A stretch of 64,000 nt of DNA from Candidatus Babeliales bacterium (GTDB taxonomy: Bacteria; Babelota; Babeliae; Babelales; Vermiphilaceae), in the NCBI GenBank assembly GCA_963743635.1, contig CAVUQO010000003.1:754595-818594 (forward strand), read 5' to 3'. A program made the translations under genes and the position numbers. The first letter of the stretch is position 1. Each line of letters opens with the position of its first letter. The notes beneath the pieces were generated by a model. It had not been told where the DNA came from. It was given only the letters and a program-made list of their open reading frames with translations, and ran no database searches. Shown here piece by piece: positions 10,906-20,960 of the stretch.

Positions 10906-11724
10906 ATGGCAACCATTCGAATACTTTTTATCGGTGATTTGGTTGGTAAAGCCGGAAGAGCTATTTTTGAAAAACATATCGATCGCGTGCGCAAAAAGCA
11001 TGCGATCGATGCTTTAATTGTAAATGGTGAAAATAGCGCGCATGGCCGTGGAATTACCCCCAATATCGCTCAGTTCTTCAAGCAGCATGGCGTGGACGTC
11101 ATCACCTCTGGCAATCACATCTGGGCAAACAAAGAAATCTATGCCTATCTTGATTCACACAAAGATCTTTTAAGACCGATCAACTTTCCGCAAGGAGCAC
11201 CCGGCGTTGGCGTCACTACCTTTACCTGCAAAGGAAGCACCGTTGGTGTTGTCAACGTACAAGGCCGCGTCTTCATGAAAGAAATGGTAACCTGTCCATT
11301 TCGGGCTATGGATTCTCTCCTGACTTATCTCAAAAGCAAAACAAATATCATCGTGGTGGATTTTCACGCTGAGGCAACCTCAGAAAAGCAAGCTTTAGCT
11401 TTATATCTTGATGGTAAAATTTCAGCACTCGTAGGTACGCATACCCATGTGCAGACTGCAGACGAGCGGATTCTTCCTGGCGGCACTGCTTATATGACTG
11501 ATCTTGGTATGGGTGGATCGCTCAATGAATCAATTGGCATGAGAAAAGAAGCAGTTATACAGCAGTTTTTGACTCAGTTACCGGTCAGATTTATTGCGGC
11601 AACCTCAAGTCCGTTTGTAATGAGTGGTGTTTGGATCGAAATTGATACCGAATCCGGTAAAGCCATACATATTGAACGCATCCGTATTGTTGACCATGAG
11701 TTGCAAGTCGATGAAGATGTATAA
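10906..11724 (+). CDS. ymdB: YmdB/TIGR00282 family metallophosphoesterase
   Basis: ILFIGDLVG, NGENSAHG, TSGNH, DFHAEATSEK, GTHTHVQTAD; follows rny. Confidence 0.93.
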   Translation: MATIRILFIGDLVGKAGRAIFEKHIDRVRKKHAIDALIVNGENSAHGRGITPNIAQFFKQHGVDVITSGNHIWANKEIYAYLDSHKDLLRPINFPQGAPGVGVTTFTCKGSTVGVVNVQGRVFMKEMVTCPFRAMDSLLTYLKSKTNIIVVDFHAEATSEKQALALYLDGKISALVGTHTHVQTADERILPGGTAYMTDLGMGGSLNESIGMRKEAVIQQFLTQLPVRFIAATSSPFVMSGVWIEIDTESGKAIHIERIRIVDHELQVDEDV

Positions 11725-12641
11725 TATCGCCCCCATTTTAATCATGTATATGCTCTTTGCAAGTACCTTTACTATTGGTAAAGCAGTCCTTGCATTGGTA
11801 AATCCGGTATTTTTTATTGGGGTTCGCATGACCATAGCAGGGTTATTGCTGCTCGGTTATTCTGCACTCTACCAAAAGAAGTCATTACGGGTCATTAAAG
11901 AACATTGGTGGTTGTTTGCGCTCATAGCATTCTTTCATATTTATATTGCGTATATCGCAGAATTTTGGGCCTTAAAACACGTTTTATCGTCCAAGGCTTG
12001 CTTGCTTTATAATCTATCCCCATTTGTAACCGCGCTTTGCACCTATGCGTTCTTCAAAGAAAAGCTTAGTAAGCAGAAAATTGCAGGGCTCATTATAGGT
12101 TTTTTGGGATTTATACCAATATTGCTTAGTTCTGCGCCTGAAGAATTAGCTGCAGGTTATTGGGGTTTTCTCACCGTCCCAGAGCTCATGCTGATGGTTT
12201 CTGTCTTGTCTTCAGTGTTGGGATGGCTCATTTTTAAAAATCTTATCACGAAACATGGCTATTCGCCGTTTTTAATAAATGGGTATGGCATGTTGATCGG
12301 AGGCCTCATGGCTTTAGTAACGTCATTCGCCATTGAAGGGATCCCTCACGATTGGTCTGACCGGCAGCACTCAAGAAATCACCGCATTTATTGAATACAC
12401 GGCACTCATGATCATCGTGGCCAACATCATAGCCTATAATCTTTATGGCTATTTGCTGCATGTATATAGCCCAACATTACTCTCATTTTTCGGGTTTACA
12501 ACCCCATTATTCACTGCTTTTTATGGCTTCTTGTTCTTACATGAGCCAATTTCGACTGCATTTATTCTTTCATTAATCCTGGTTTCAACAGGATTATTCC
12601 TCTTTTATCAAGAAGAACTGAGACTCAAAATAAAAACCTAA
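11717..12641 (+). CDS. DMT/EamA family transporter, frameshifted near 12345
   Basis: About 10 TM segments across ORFs 11624-12394 and 12333-12641; 'LSPFVTAL..Y.FFKEKL' and 'FLFLHEPI' EamA motifs. Confidence 0.85.
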
Positions 12642-12683
12642 AATCGTGGCTCAAAGAGCAAAGAGTTGTGCCAAAAATCGAAC

Positions 12684-12723
12684 AAAAAAAAATATAGGTC
12701 CTCTCGAGAGAGAACCTATATTT
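12684..12723 (-). terminator. Intrinsic terminator of the histone-like gene
   Basis: aaatatagg...cctatattt hairpin with poly-A on + (poly-U on -). Confidence 0.65.
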
Positions 12724-12729
12724 GTCTAA

Positions 12730-13101
12730 TTAAGCCTTAACTGGAGCTGCTGCTGGTGTGTGCTTCTTAGCTACACGGCGTTTAGCCATACGGCGTTTAC
12801 CTGTAGTCTTTTTAGCTACACGACGTATAGATTTGCGAGCTGCCTTTTTAGCTGTTTTACGCTTTGGAGCTGCTTTTTTAGCAGTTGTTCTGCGTTTAGC
12901 TGCTTTTTTAGCTACTTTACGCTTTGGAGCTGCTTTTTTAGCTGCTGTTTTGCGTTTTGGAGCTGCTTTTTTAGCTGCTGTTTTACGTTTAGCTACGCGT
13001 TTTACCGTTTTCTTCGCAGTAGTTTTTTTAGCTACGCGTTTTACAGTCTTACGTTTAGCAGTAGTAGCTTTTTTAGCTACTTTCTTTCTTTTGATTGCCA
13101 T
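12730..13101 (-). CDS. Histone H1-like Lys/Arg/Ala-rich DNA-binding protein (Hc2/HctB-like)
   Basis: Repeated KKAAPKRKT / KRVAKK units; AGGAG SD before ATG 13101; own terminator. Confidence 0.8.
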   Translation of the reverse strand: MAIKRKKVAKKATTAKRKTVKRVAKKTTAKKTVKRVAKRKTAAKKAAPKRKTAAKKAAPKRKVAKKAAKRRTTAKKAAPKRKTAKKAARKSIRRVAKKTTGKRRMAKRRVAKKHTPAAAPVKA

Positions 13102-13461
13102 TGTCATTCTCCTTCTTTGTGAATGAAATTAGTTCTAATTCTAGTTTTTACTAACCTGAGTTAGTAATATACAAAAGGTAACACTTTTACGATTGCCTTT
13201 TGTCTGATCATCGTTCCGTGTATTTCAAAGATTTTTTATCTTAATTCAATATTACAAAATTTAATTTTTAAAAATCAAGAGTTGTATGCCAAAATTTCAA
13301 TTTTATGTTTCTATAAAAAGGATTTTCTCATCTAAATGAGTAAAAAAAGGGATTGCGATGATATCGCGCATACTTTGATTGGGACGTGAATCCCAGAGAA
13401 TGAGACTATTGTGAAAAGAAAAAAAATTATTATTAAAAGAAAAAGTGATTAATTTTCATTA

Positions 13462-13845
13462 TTACGTCGATTTTTTGAGCGATTTTTTTAGTTTTTTGTA
13501 TTTTTCATATGATCCGTGAACTTGATCGGCTGGATATTTGAGGGCAACAAGCTTTAATTTTTCCGTTACCGCATCACTGATATCAATATCATAGAGACTG
13601 CAAAAGCTCAGCAGATAGCAAAATATATCTGCGACCTCATGTTTTACTTCTTGAAAATCCTTAACCAAATCATCTTTTGACGCCTCGCTATCGCACCATT
13701 GGAACTTCTCCATCAGTTCCGCGGCTTCTATAGAGATGGACATACTGAGATTTTTGGGGGAGTGGAACTTTTCCCAGTCTCGTTCTTTTACAAACGTAGC
13801 CATTTTAGCCTTGAGTTCCTTGAGGGTGGTCGTTGAATCTGCCAT
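13462..13845 (-). CDS. MazG-like nucleotide pyrophosphohydrolase (dCTP pyrophosphatase type)
   Basis: FVKERDWEKFHSPKNL, EAAELMEKFQW, EVADI, KYP. Confidence 0.92.
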   Translation of the reverse strand: MADSTTTLKELKAKMATFVKERDWEKFHSPKNLSMSISIEAAELMEKFQWCDSEASKDDLVKDFQEVKHEVADIFCYLLSFCSLYDIDISDAVTEKLKLVALKYPADQVHGSYEKYKKLKKSLKKST

Positions 13846-13997
13846 GGTCATGCCTTTATTAAATTGGTAGAAATTCTTTGATTTTCGCGCCGAAGCCAGA
13901 ACTGGGCCGCACATACATTATAAGGATAACAATTTTAGAGTCCGGGCACAAAAAAGCCCCGGGGTACTCCCGAGGCTCTTACTTTTTTGTGGCGATC

Positions 13998-14483
13998 TTA
14001 GATATTGTCGTTCTTGATCATGTGCTTCAAAATATCCAAGGATTTTTCAGGCAAACTATGAACTAAATTCCCATTGGCATCGCACGCCTCTAAATCATCC
14101 AATATGCCCATATTAAGAAGCTTTTTAAGCAAATATGCCGGCCATTGGGCTAAAGGTGTATTGTTTTCACAACAGTTTTTAAGATCTTTGCGGTCTGGAT
14201 TTTCAGGAAGTTTATTCAAAGATTCGTGTAAATCAGAATATAGTTTAAGTCGACACAAAATACTTCGTTGGGGATAACGAGGACTATAAAATTCATCATC
14301 ATGAGCATTGAATTCTTCCTCCATACTCCATGAAGGACCTGTCCAGGTACTACCTACGATGATTCCTTTGATATGTTTTCGAACTAATTCGGCTTGTAGG
14401 CTCTCTTGTTGATCGTTTGCTACTGCATTCAAAAAAGTCAGCGATAACATAGATAATGCCAGGTATTTTTTTAGGCTTAACAT
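13998..14483 (-). CDS. Hypothetical secreted protein
   Basis: Signal peptide MLSLKKYLALSMLSLT, shared with 14845-15222. Confidence 0.7.
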   Translation of the reverse strand: MLSLKKYLALSMLSLTFLNAVANDQQESLQAELVRKHIKGIIVGSTWTGPSWSMEEEFNAHDDEFYSPRYPQRSILCRLKLYSDLHESLNKLPENPDRKDLKNCCENNTPLAQWPAYLLKKLLNMGILDDLEACDANGNLVHSLPEKSLDILKHMIKNDNI

Positions 14484-14623
14484 AGGTTTGTCCTTTACGT
14501 TAGTTTTTAAATATTTTGGTAAATAATACCATACATAAGGCGTTTTGCAAAAAAACTGAATTCTGAGGGCCACTCTATGCCAAGAAAAATCTAATTAAAA
14601 ACGAAAGATCATTTTAAATCCAA

Positions 14624-14671
14624 TTATACCGTCGGCTGGCTTCGCTCGAAGGCTTCTTTGCCAAGCTCTGC
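14624..14671 (-). repeat. Duplicated 3' end of the alpha/beta hydrolase gene (copy of 15384-15431)
   Basis: 48 bp with 2 mismatches. Confidence 0.9.
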
Positions 14672-14776
14672 GTAGTTTAATTTTATCGAAGGGAATGGGA
14701 AGAGGTTTGTGGTTGGATCGCTGAGGCTAAACCCAGAACTTGGCTGCACATATACTATAATATTTGAGAGTTCGGG

Positions 14777-14816
14777 CAAAAAAAAAGCCCCGGGATTTAG
14801 TCCCGGGGCTTTTTTT
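14777..14816. terminator. Bidirectional terminator (diverged copy at about 13950-13985)
   Basis: aaaaagccccggga-ttta-gtcccggggcttttt. Confidence 0.75.
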
Positions 14817-14844
14817 ACGTATTAAAAATCTTTATGCTTAAACC

Positions 14845-15222
14845 CTATCGTAAATGCTTAAACCCTTCAGTCTGCCTAACCTGAATTTCCTCGAGTTCCT
14901 CAAAAAGACGCTTGAATCCCTGCTTTATAATTTCACTCACATGCTCCGTGCTTTTTGCTATCTTTGTTGTGTTTTCTAGCATCTTGTTCTGTCCAGCTAT
15001 CAATGTTGTCATATTTTTATTCAATTCTTCTATCGCAGCAGTTAACCGAGCAGTTTCATTGCTTGGTGCCTGCATAGATGGTTGGTACATGGTTGGAGCA
15101 GGGCTTGGTAGGCTTGGTACCTGAATAGGTGGTTGGGCTGGGCGGTATTGTCCCCGCATATTCTGACTAAATATGGTCAGTGATAGCGCAGATATGGCTA
15201 AGTATTTTTTTAACGTTGACAT
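14845..15222 (-). CDS. Hypothetical secreted protein (Pro-rich, coiled coil)
   Basis: Signal peptide MSTLKKYLAISALSLT. Confidence 0.7.
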   Translation of the reverse strand: MSTLKKYLAISALSLTIFSQNMRGQYRPAQPPIQVPSLPSPAPTMYQPSMQAPSNETARLTAAIEELNKNMTTLIAGQNKMLENTTKIAKSTEHVSEIIKQGFKRLFEELEEIQVRQTEGFKHLR

Positions 15223-15383
15223 AGGTAATCTCCCTTATGTTTGGTTTTTAATAATTTACCAATAGAATAACAACGTTATTAGTGATTTTGCAACTAGTGT
15301 TTGAAAATATCCCCCTTGAACCTGAAAATATGGTGTTCTGCGGGGGGAAATTTGGCTATTTTTTCTCAAAATGGCTTATTTGA

Positions 15384-16259
15384 TTATACCGCCGGCTGGC
15401 TGCGCTCGAAGGCTTCTTTGCCAAGCTCTGCATACTCCGCATTATGGGGCAACTCATATTTTGCATAAAATGCATGGACTATGTTGCGATAGAAGGTGCT
15501 ATCAGGCCCTTGGATCAGCTTACCATGAGCGCCATGCTTGAGGCATATAAAGTGAGCCTTATCATGACCGGTTTTTATGAGTTCCTCATAGAGCTTTTTC
15601 GATAATGCGGCAGGAACGCGCGTATCTTCTTCCGAACACACTATAAGGATTGGAATAGTTAAGGGAACCTTGGCAGCTGCCTCAAGAGGAGTAATAAAGG
15701 TGCGGTCATATTTGGAGAAAATAAATTTCACCAATCCATGGCTAAATGAACGTATTCCCGGATGTTGATAGAGCTTTTCGCCAATGATATAGCGCAAGAC
15801 GCTGTCGATAGAATCAAAGGGAGACTCTAATATGAGGCCGCGTAGATTTTGAATTTTTGATTCATCTGGATGAGTACCAAGCCAGGTAATAAAGGCTGAT
15901 GCGCCGCGGGAAACACCAATTCCAACAACGCCAGTTTCAGGATGAATATCTATATGAGCGTCATGAAGAGCCTTCACTTCATTTGCTTGCGCCAAGCTCG
16001 TTTCTCGACGATTAATGCGATAACTTTCACCAGCATCTGGAAAATTAAAACATGCCATCACGTGATGCTGATTATTAATCAGATAGCGATCATTGTAACT
16101 TACAGAAGGGGTAATTTGTGCATAAGTATATGCCTGACGCTTTGTCGCGGCAATACCATGTGAGAATAAGAAAGTCACTTTAGTAATGGGAGTTGTAGCG
16201 TTAGGAATAAACACACTCACCAAGAGTAAGAATAGAATAATTTTTATTTTATAGATCAT
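15384..16259 (-). CDS. Secreted alpha/beta hydrolase
   Basis: FSHG oxyanion motif, GVSRG nucleophile elbow, LESPF, D..VP, HG. Confidence 0.85.
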   Translation of the reverse strand: MIYKIKIILFLLLVSVFIPNATTPITKVTFLFSHGIAATKRQAYTYAQITPSVSYNDRYLINNQHHVMACFNFPDAGESYRINRRETSLAQANEVKALHDAHIDIHPETGVVGIGVSRGASAFITWLGTHPDESKIQNLRGLILESPFDSIDSVLRYIIGEKLYQHPGIRSFSHGLVKFIFSKYDRTFITPLEAAAKVPLTIPILIVCSEEDTRVPAALSKKLYEELIKTGHDKAHFICLKHGAHGKLIQGPDSTFYRNIVHAFYAKYELPHNAEYAELGKEAFERSQPAV

Positions 16260-16418
16260 ACCGTTACCCCCTAACAACATCTAATATTCTCCTTCGCAAG
16301 GTACTGAAAAATTTGTCTAAAAACAATGGTTTAGCTTCATTGAGCATATTTTCGTGCAATAGTAGCAGGCTTGTATACAGGAAATGTGTGTTTGTAACAA
16401 TCATTGTGCTCAGGAAGG

Positions 16419-17369
16419 CTACTTCGGCTCGATACTATCTTTACCGAGTTCGGCATACTCAGCATTATGATCTAATCCATATTTTTTATAGAAGGCGTGA
16501 ACCGCATTGCGGTATGTTTCTCCGTCTGGGCCTTGTATGAGGCTGCCGTGAACGCCACGTGTGAGTTTAACAAAATGAGCCTTATCATGACCTGTGCGGA
16601 TTAACTCGTCATAGAGTTTTTCAGATGATGAGGCAGGAACACGCGTATCTTGCTCGGAACATATAATGAGGATAGGAAGATCGAGCGGAACATTTTTTGC
16701 CGCCTCGAGAGGACTCGTTGCCCGTTTTTTATATTGAGAGAAAATAAACCGTATAAGATTGTGGCCCAAACTGCGGGCAGCAGGATACTGATATAAGTAT
16801 TCGCCGATGATGTTGCGTAAAATGCTATCCATTGAATCAAAGGGTGATTCGAGCACAAGTGCCTTTATATTTTCTACTGCGACCTGATCTGGATGAGTGC
16901 CAATCCCAGTTATGAATGCTGATGCGCCGCGCGATACGCCGACGCCGATCACTGCATTACTTTTAATGTTAGCATGCTGTTCCATAAGAAACGTACGTTC
17001 TTTTTCTCCGGCAAAATCGGTATTGGCACGATCAACGCGATAGCTTATTTTCTTAAGATTTTTTCTAAGATTCAAAAGATCATACCATGTGCGTATTTCA
17101 GGATAAATAAGGCTTTCGCCCGCATCAGGATAATCAAACGTCACCAAAATATGATTTTCGTTATCTATTATATGATTGGCATTATCTGTCGTGGCATTCA
17201 ATGGATTTTTTTTGGTATAGCCATAAGCCTGTGCTTTTGTTGCTGCCAGACCGTGCGAGAACAGGTAGGTATGGATTGTCTCTTCGTCCAAAGGCTGTTT
17301 CATGCCCGATATTGGCATAGCTATACTCACTATAATGATATATATCGTACATTTAAGATTATGTATCAC
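16419..17369 (-). CDS. Secreted alpha/beta hydrolase (tandem paralog)
   Basis: Same motifs (GVSRGASAFIT, LESPFDS, DTRVP); highly similar to 15384-16259. Confidence 0.85.
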   Translation of the reverse strand: MIHNLKCTIYIIIVSIAMPISGMKQPLDEETIHTYLFSHGLAATKAQAYGYTKKNPLNATTDNANHIIDNENHILVTFDYPDAGESLIYPEIRTWYDLLNLRKNLKKISYRVDRANTDFAGEKERTFLMEQHANIKSNAVIGVGVSRGASAFITGIGTHPDQVAVENIKALVLESPFDSMDSILRNIIGEYLYQYPAARSLGHNLIRFIFSQYKKRATSPLEAAKNVPLDLPILIICSEQDTRVPASSSEKLYDELIRTGHDKAHFVKLTRGVHGSLIQGPDGETYRNAVHAFYKKYGLDHNAEYAELGKDSIEPK

Positions 17370-17555
17370 TGTTTTTGTCCCTAAAATATAATGTCCCTAT
17401 TTCAAGGGTACTTGAGGTCCCAGAGCCTGTCAAATGAACCTGGACGGGAATGAATCTGTACTTTTCATGGCAATAATAGTAGGATTATACCTAGTTTTTT
17501 ATTCTACGCCGTGAAAAAATATGCTATTTAGTGGGCGAGTGAAGGCGTAGAATAA

Positions 17556-17612
17556 CCCGGCGAAGCAAAATACTTCCTGAGGTATTACTTCGAAGTATTA
17601 GCGAAGCCTGGG
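17556..17612. repeat. Palindromic element family B
   Basis: cccggcgaagcaaaatacttc...cttcgaagtattagcgaagcctggg; close copy at 35658-35715. Confidence 0.7.
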
Positions 17613-17642
17613 TATTATCCCTAACTTGTATGGAACCCAAGA

Positions 17643-19064
17643 ATGAACAAATTGCCTGATATCAAGCAAAACGTCAGTGAATGGTATAATGAAGTCATCT
17701 ATCAAGCCGAATTGGCTGATCAATCGCCGGTTCGCGGCTGTATCGTTATTCGCCCCTATGGCTATGCAATTTGGGAACACATCAGAGGATCACTCGATGC
17801 CCGCATTAAGGCAACCGGTCATGAAAATGCGGCATTTCCACTCTTAATTCCAGAATCATTTTTAAAACGAGAAGCAAAGCACGTTGAGGGATTCTCTCCT
17901 GAACTTGCCGTGGTTACCCATGCGGGTGGCAAAGAGCTCGAAGAACCGCTTGTGGTTCGCCCAACTTCTGAAACCATGATTCACTATATGTTTGCGCGTT
18001 GGATCAAATCATGGCGCGATCTTCCTATAAAAATTAACCAATGGGCTAACGTAGTGCGTTGGGAAATGCGTACGCGCCCATTCTTAAGAACCACCGAGTT
18101 CTTTTGGCAGGAAGGCCATACGGCTCACGAAACCTATGAAGAAGCACATCAAGAGGCATTGACCATGCTGCGTGAATACGTATCATTGGCGCAGGATGAT
18201 TTGGCGATTCCTGTTGTTGCTGGGCGCAAATCTGAAAGTGAAAAATTTCCAGGCGCTGATATTACCTACACCTTTGAAGCATTGATGCAAGATGGCAAGG
18301 CGCTTCAAATGGGAACTTCCCACATGATTTCCCAAGCATTTGCGCACTCATTTGAAATGAAATATCAAGATCGAGAAGGTAACCAAGCCTATCCGTTCCT
18401 TACCAGCTGGGGCGCAACAACCCGTCTTATCGGCGCGTTAGTGATGGTTCATGGTGATGAGAAGGGATTGGTAATCCCGCCGCGCGTTGCCCCAATTCAA
18501 GTGGTAATCATACCTATTAGACGTAAAGATGATGATGAAACTGCACTCGCAGCAGCGCTTGCTTCAATCGTACAACAATTAAAAGATGCGGGTATTCGCT
18601 ATCACGTCGATAACGATGATAGCAAATCGCCGGGCGCGAAGTTCTATAAATGGGAACTTAAGGGCGTTCCGATGCGTCTTGAAATCGGACCACGTGACGT
18701 TGCCAATAAAGAAGCAGTCTTGGGTCAACGTTATAATGGTGAAAAATCAACTGTTGTTATCGAATCTATCGGCACTACCGTTGCTACCAAGCTCATCGAA
18801 ATTCAAAAAGCAATGTTTGATCGAGCCCATGAACGCCGCGCAACTATGTGGTACAAAGAAGCAAAATTGGCCGATTTCGCCTCAAAGCTTGATGAAAAGC
18901 CTGGCTTCTATCAAACTGGCTGGTGCGGTGATTTGGCATGTGAAGAAAAATTGAAAGAATATAAAGCCACCACACGCTGCTTGCTGACAGAAGTTACCTT
19001 TAAAGAATGCTTTGTATGCAATAAAGCAAGTAAACATGATGTGTTGATTGCGAAAGCATATTAA
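17643..19064 (+). CDS. proS: Proline--tRNA ligase (archaeal/eukaryote-like type)
   Basis: VRPTSET, NQWANVVRWE, FLRTTEFFWQEGHT, SWGATTR, ends IAKAY. Confidence 0.97.
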   Translation: MNKLPDIKQNVSEWYNEVIYQAELADQSPVRGCIVIRPYGYAIWEHIRGSLDARIKATGHENAAFPLLIPESFLKREAKHVEGFSPELAVVTHAGGKELEEPLVVRPTSETMIHYMFARWIKSWRDLPIKINQWANVVRWEMRTRPFLRTTEFFWQEGHTAHETYEEAHQEALTMLREYVSLAQDDLAIPVVAGRKSESEKFPGADITYTFEALMQDGKALQMGTSHMISQAFAHSFEMKYQDREGNQAYPFLTSWGATTRLIGALVMVHGDEKGLVIPPRVAPIQVVIIPIRRKDDDETALAAALASIVQQLKDAGIRYHVDNDDSKSPGAKFYKWELKGVPMRLEIGPRDVANKEAVLGQRYNGEKSTVVIESIGTTVATKLIEIQKAMFDRAHERRATMWYKEAKLADFASKLDEKPGFYQTGWCGDLACEEKLKEYKATTRCLLTEVTFKECFVCNKASKHDVLIAKAY

Positions 19065-19078
19065 GTAGAAGGACATTA

Positions 19079-19492
19079 ATGAAACCAATGCACTACATAG
19101 TTCTATTGAATATCCTCGCTACCACAATCGGTTTGCACGCCGGTAGAGGTGGCAGTAACAATAGAAGGCACGGACTTACGTTCCCCACAGCAATAGTTCA
19201 TCGCTTTCTGAAGAATAAAAAAGCCACTCGTGGGCGTTGCATATTGCTAGAATCGGAATTAGAATTCGCAAAAATGCAAGTTGGCTCCGAAAACACTGGC
19301 AATGTGAGTGAAAGAAAGAAAGCGCTTGCAGAAAAAAGAGTCGCTGAGGCTAAGGAAGCTGAGAAGAAAGCAACAGAGTTCATTCATATGCTCGATAAGC
19401 AGATCGATGAAAAAGCTGCCGAAATACTCGCTGCAATGGATCAATTGGCGCTCGAAAACTTAAAAAACTTAGATTTAGAAGGGCTTGATTAA
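19079..19492 (+). CDS. Hypothetical secreted coiled-coil protein
   Basis: AAGGA SD, signal peptide, charged helical body. Confidence 0.65.
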   Translation: MKPMHYIVLLNILATTIGLHAGRGGSNNRRHGLTFPTAIVHRFLKNKKATRGRCILLESELEFAKMQVGSENTGNVSERKKALAEKRVAEAKEAEKKATEFIHMLDKQIDEKAAEILAAMDQLALENLKNLDLEGLD

Positions 19493-19523
19493 GAATTCCC
19501 TGAATATACAATAAAAAAGAAGT

Positions 19524-19564
19524 AATCTACCCAGGCATATACACAAAAGCCTGGGTAGATTTTT
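19524..19564 (+). terminator. Intrinsic terminator
   Basis: aatctacccaggc...gcctgggtagatt followed by Ts. Confidence 0.65.
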
Positions 19565-19590
19565 AAGAAATAAAAAGAAGAGAGAGTAGT

Positions 19591-20505
19591 ATGTCTGAGT
19601 TAGTACGATTGCAAACGCGATTTGAAACCTATTTATTAACCGAAAAACGGGTTTCTCAAAATACATTCGGCGCCTATAAACGTGATCTTGAGCAGTTTAT
19701 TGCATTCACCGAGCGCAAGAAAGTAACCACTAAAGATCTTGATATCGATCACTTGAAAGCATTCTTGCAACATCTCAAACGCTTAAAGATGAGCTCGCGC
19801 AGCATGGCGCGCAAAATATCAACGCTCAAATCATTCTTTACCTATCTTCATCATTATGCCGGTTGGAAAAACAATTTCTCCAACGAGCTCATCACACCCA
19901 AACTTGAAAAACGCTTGCCGCACTTTTTCACTGAACTTGAAATTGAACAATTGTTTCGCCTTGCTGAAATGGATACTACCAGCGCCGGCAAACGCAATCG
20001 CGTAATGCTGTATCTTCTTTATATTTCAGGAATGCGTATCAGCGAGCTGTGTAATCTGCGCATGTCTGACGTCCATTTTGATACCGGATTTATTCACGTT
20101 TCAGGCAAAGGGGGCAAAGGCCGCATGGTGCCATTGCCGCAGATGATGCTTGAAATGCTTCATGATTATAGTGATACCATTTATAAAGAAGTGAATAAAA
20201 AAGGAAAGCTGCGCGATAGCGAATATCTGTTTCCCATTTATTATGCAGGGGTTATTAAGCCCATAACGCGTCAATCATTTTGGATAATTCTGAAGAAAAT
20301 GTGGGCAAAATCGGGCAGCGATAAAGCGATATCGCCGCACAAGCTCCGCCATTCACTCGCTACGCATATGCTCAAAAGTGGCGCCGATTTGCGTTCACTA
20401 CAGGTGTTACTCGGCCATGAGAACTTGGCTACGGTACAGATTTATACGCACGTTGAAACGAGTTATTTGCGTACCGTGTACAATAAGAAGCACCCGCGAT
20501 CATAA
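19591..20505 (+). CDS. xerD: Xer family tyrosine recombinase (XerD-like)
   Basis: GMRISEL, GKGGKGR.VP, SPHKLRHSLATH, GADLRSLQVLLGH, QIYTHV, ends HPRS; XerD versus XerC is not certain. Confidence 0.85.
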   Translation: MSELVRLQTRFETYLLTEKRVSQNTFGAYKRDLEQFIAFTERKKVTTKDLDIDHLKAFLQHLKRLKMSSRSMARKISTLKSFFTYLHHYAGWKNNFSNELITPKLEKRLPHFFTELEIEQLFRLAEMDTTSAGKRNRVMLYLLYISGMRISELCNLRMSDVHFDTGFIHVSGKGGKGRMVPLPQMMLEMLHDYSDTIYKEVNKKGKLRDSEYLFPIYYAGVIKPITRQSFWIILKKMWAKSGSDKAISPHKLRHSLATHMLKSGADLRSLQVLLGHENLATVQIYTHVETSYLRTVYNKKHPRS

Positions 20506-20523
20506 TGATACGGGTGCTTCTTA

Positions 20524-20934
20524 TTATTGCTCGTTAATCTTTTTTCTCGCAGGTTTCTCACGTACTTCAGCAGCGACCACAAAATGCCAACATGCATGGA
20601 CCACTGGATGAAATGCTGCAACAATGATCGTCGAGAAACACCCATTCTCATTGTACGTATCTCTTATAATCGGAAAATAATTCTTGAAATCATCACTGCA
20701 TAATGCTTTACAATCAGCTGAGCAGCAACAATGAGGTAGAATCGCACAATTATCACAGTCATTACAAACATTATTCCTTTGACACGTTTGATGCAGTTTT
20801 TCACACCATTCCAAACTTTCACCGGCACTCTCAAGGCTGGTTTCGTCCACAGTTGTTATGGTTCTAACCGCAAATGCACTGTAAAAAGGCAATAAACAAA
20901 ACAAAATCACCGATAATCGAAGATGATAATTCAT
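20524..20934 (-). CDS. Cys-rich hypothetical secreted protein
   Basis: Signal peptide; many Cys including CCC. Confidence 0.6.
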   Translation of the reverse strand: MNYHLRLSVILFCLLPFYSAFAVRTITTVDETSLESAGESLEWCEKLHQTCQRNNVCNDCDNCAILPHCCCSADCKALCSDDFKNYFPIIRDTYNENGCFSTIIVAAFHPVVHACWHFVVAAEVREKPARKKINEQ

Positions 20935-20960
20935 ATGGTTTCCTTTTTTCAGTTATTTTC

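Noticed and set aside
12758..13126. Plus-strand hydrophobic and Cys/Phe-rich ORFs
   Set aside because: Antisense of the low-complexity histone-like gene, which has the SD and terminator
19591..20505. Tyrosine recombinase as a phage or integron integrase
   Set aside because: Size and motifs are those of housekeeping Xer; no IntI-specific insertion, attC array or phage genes seen
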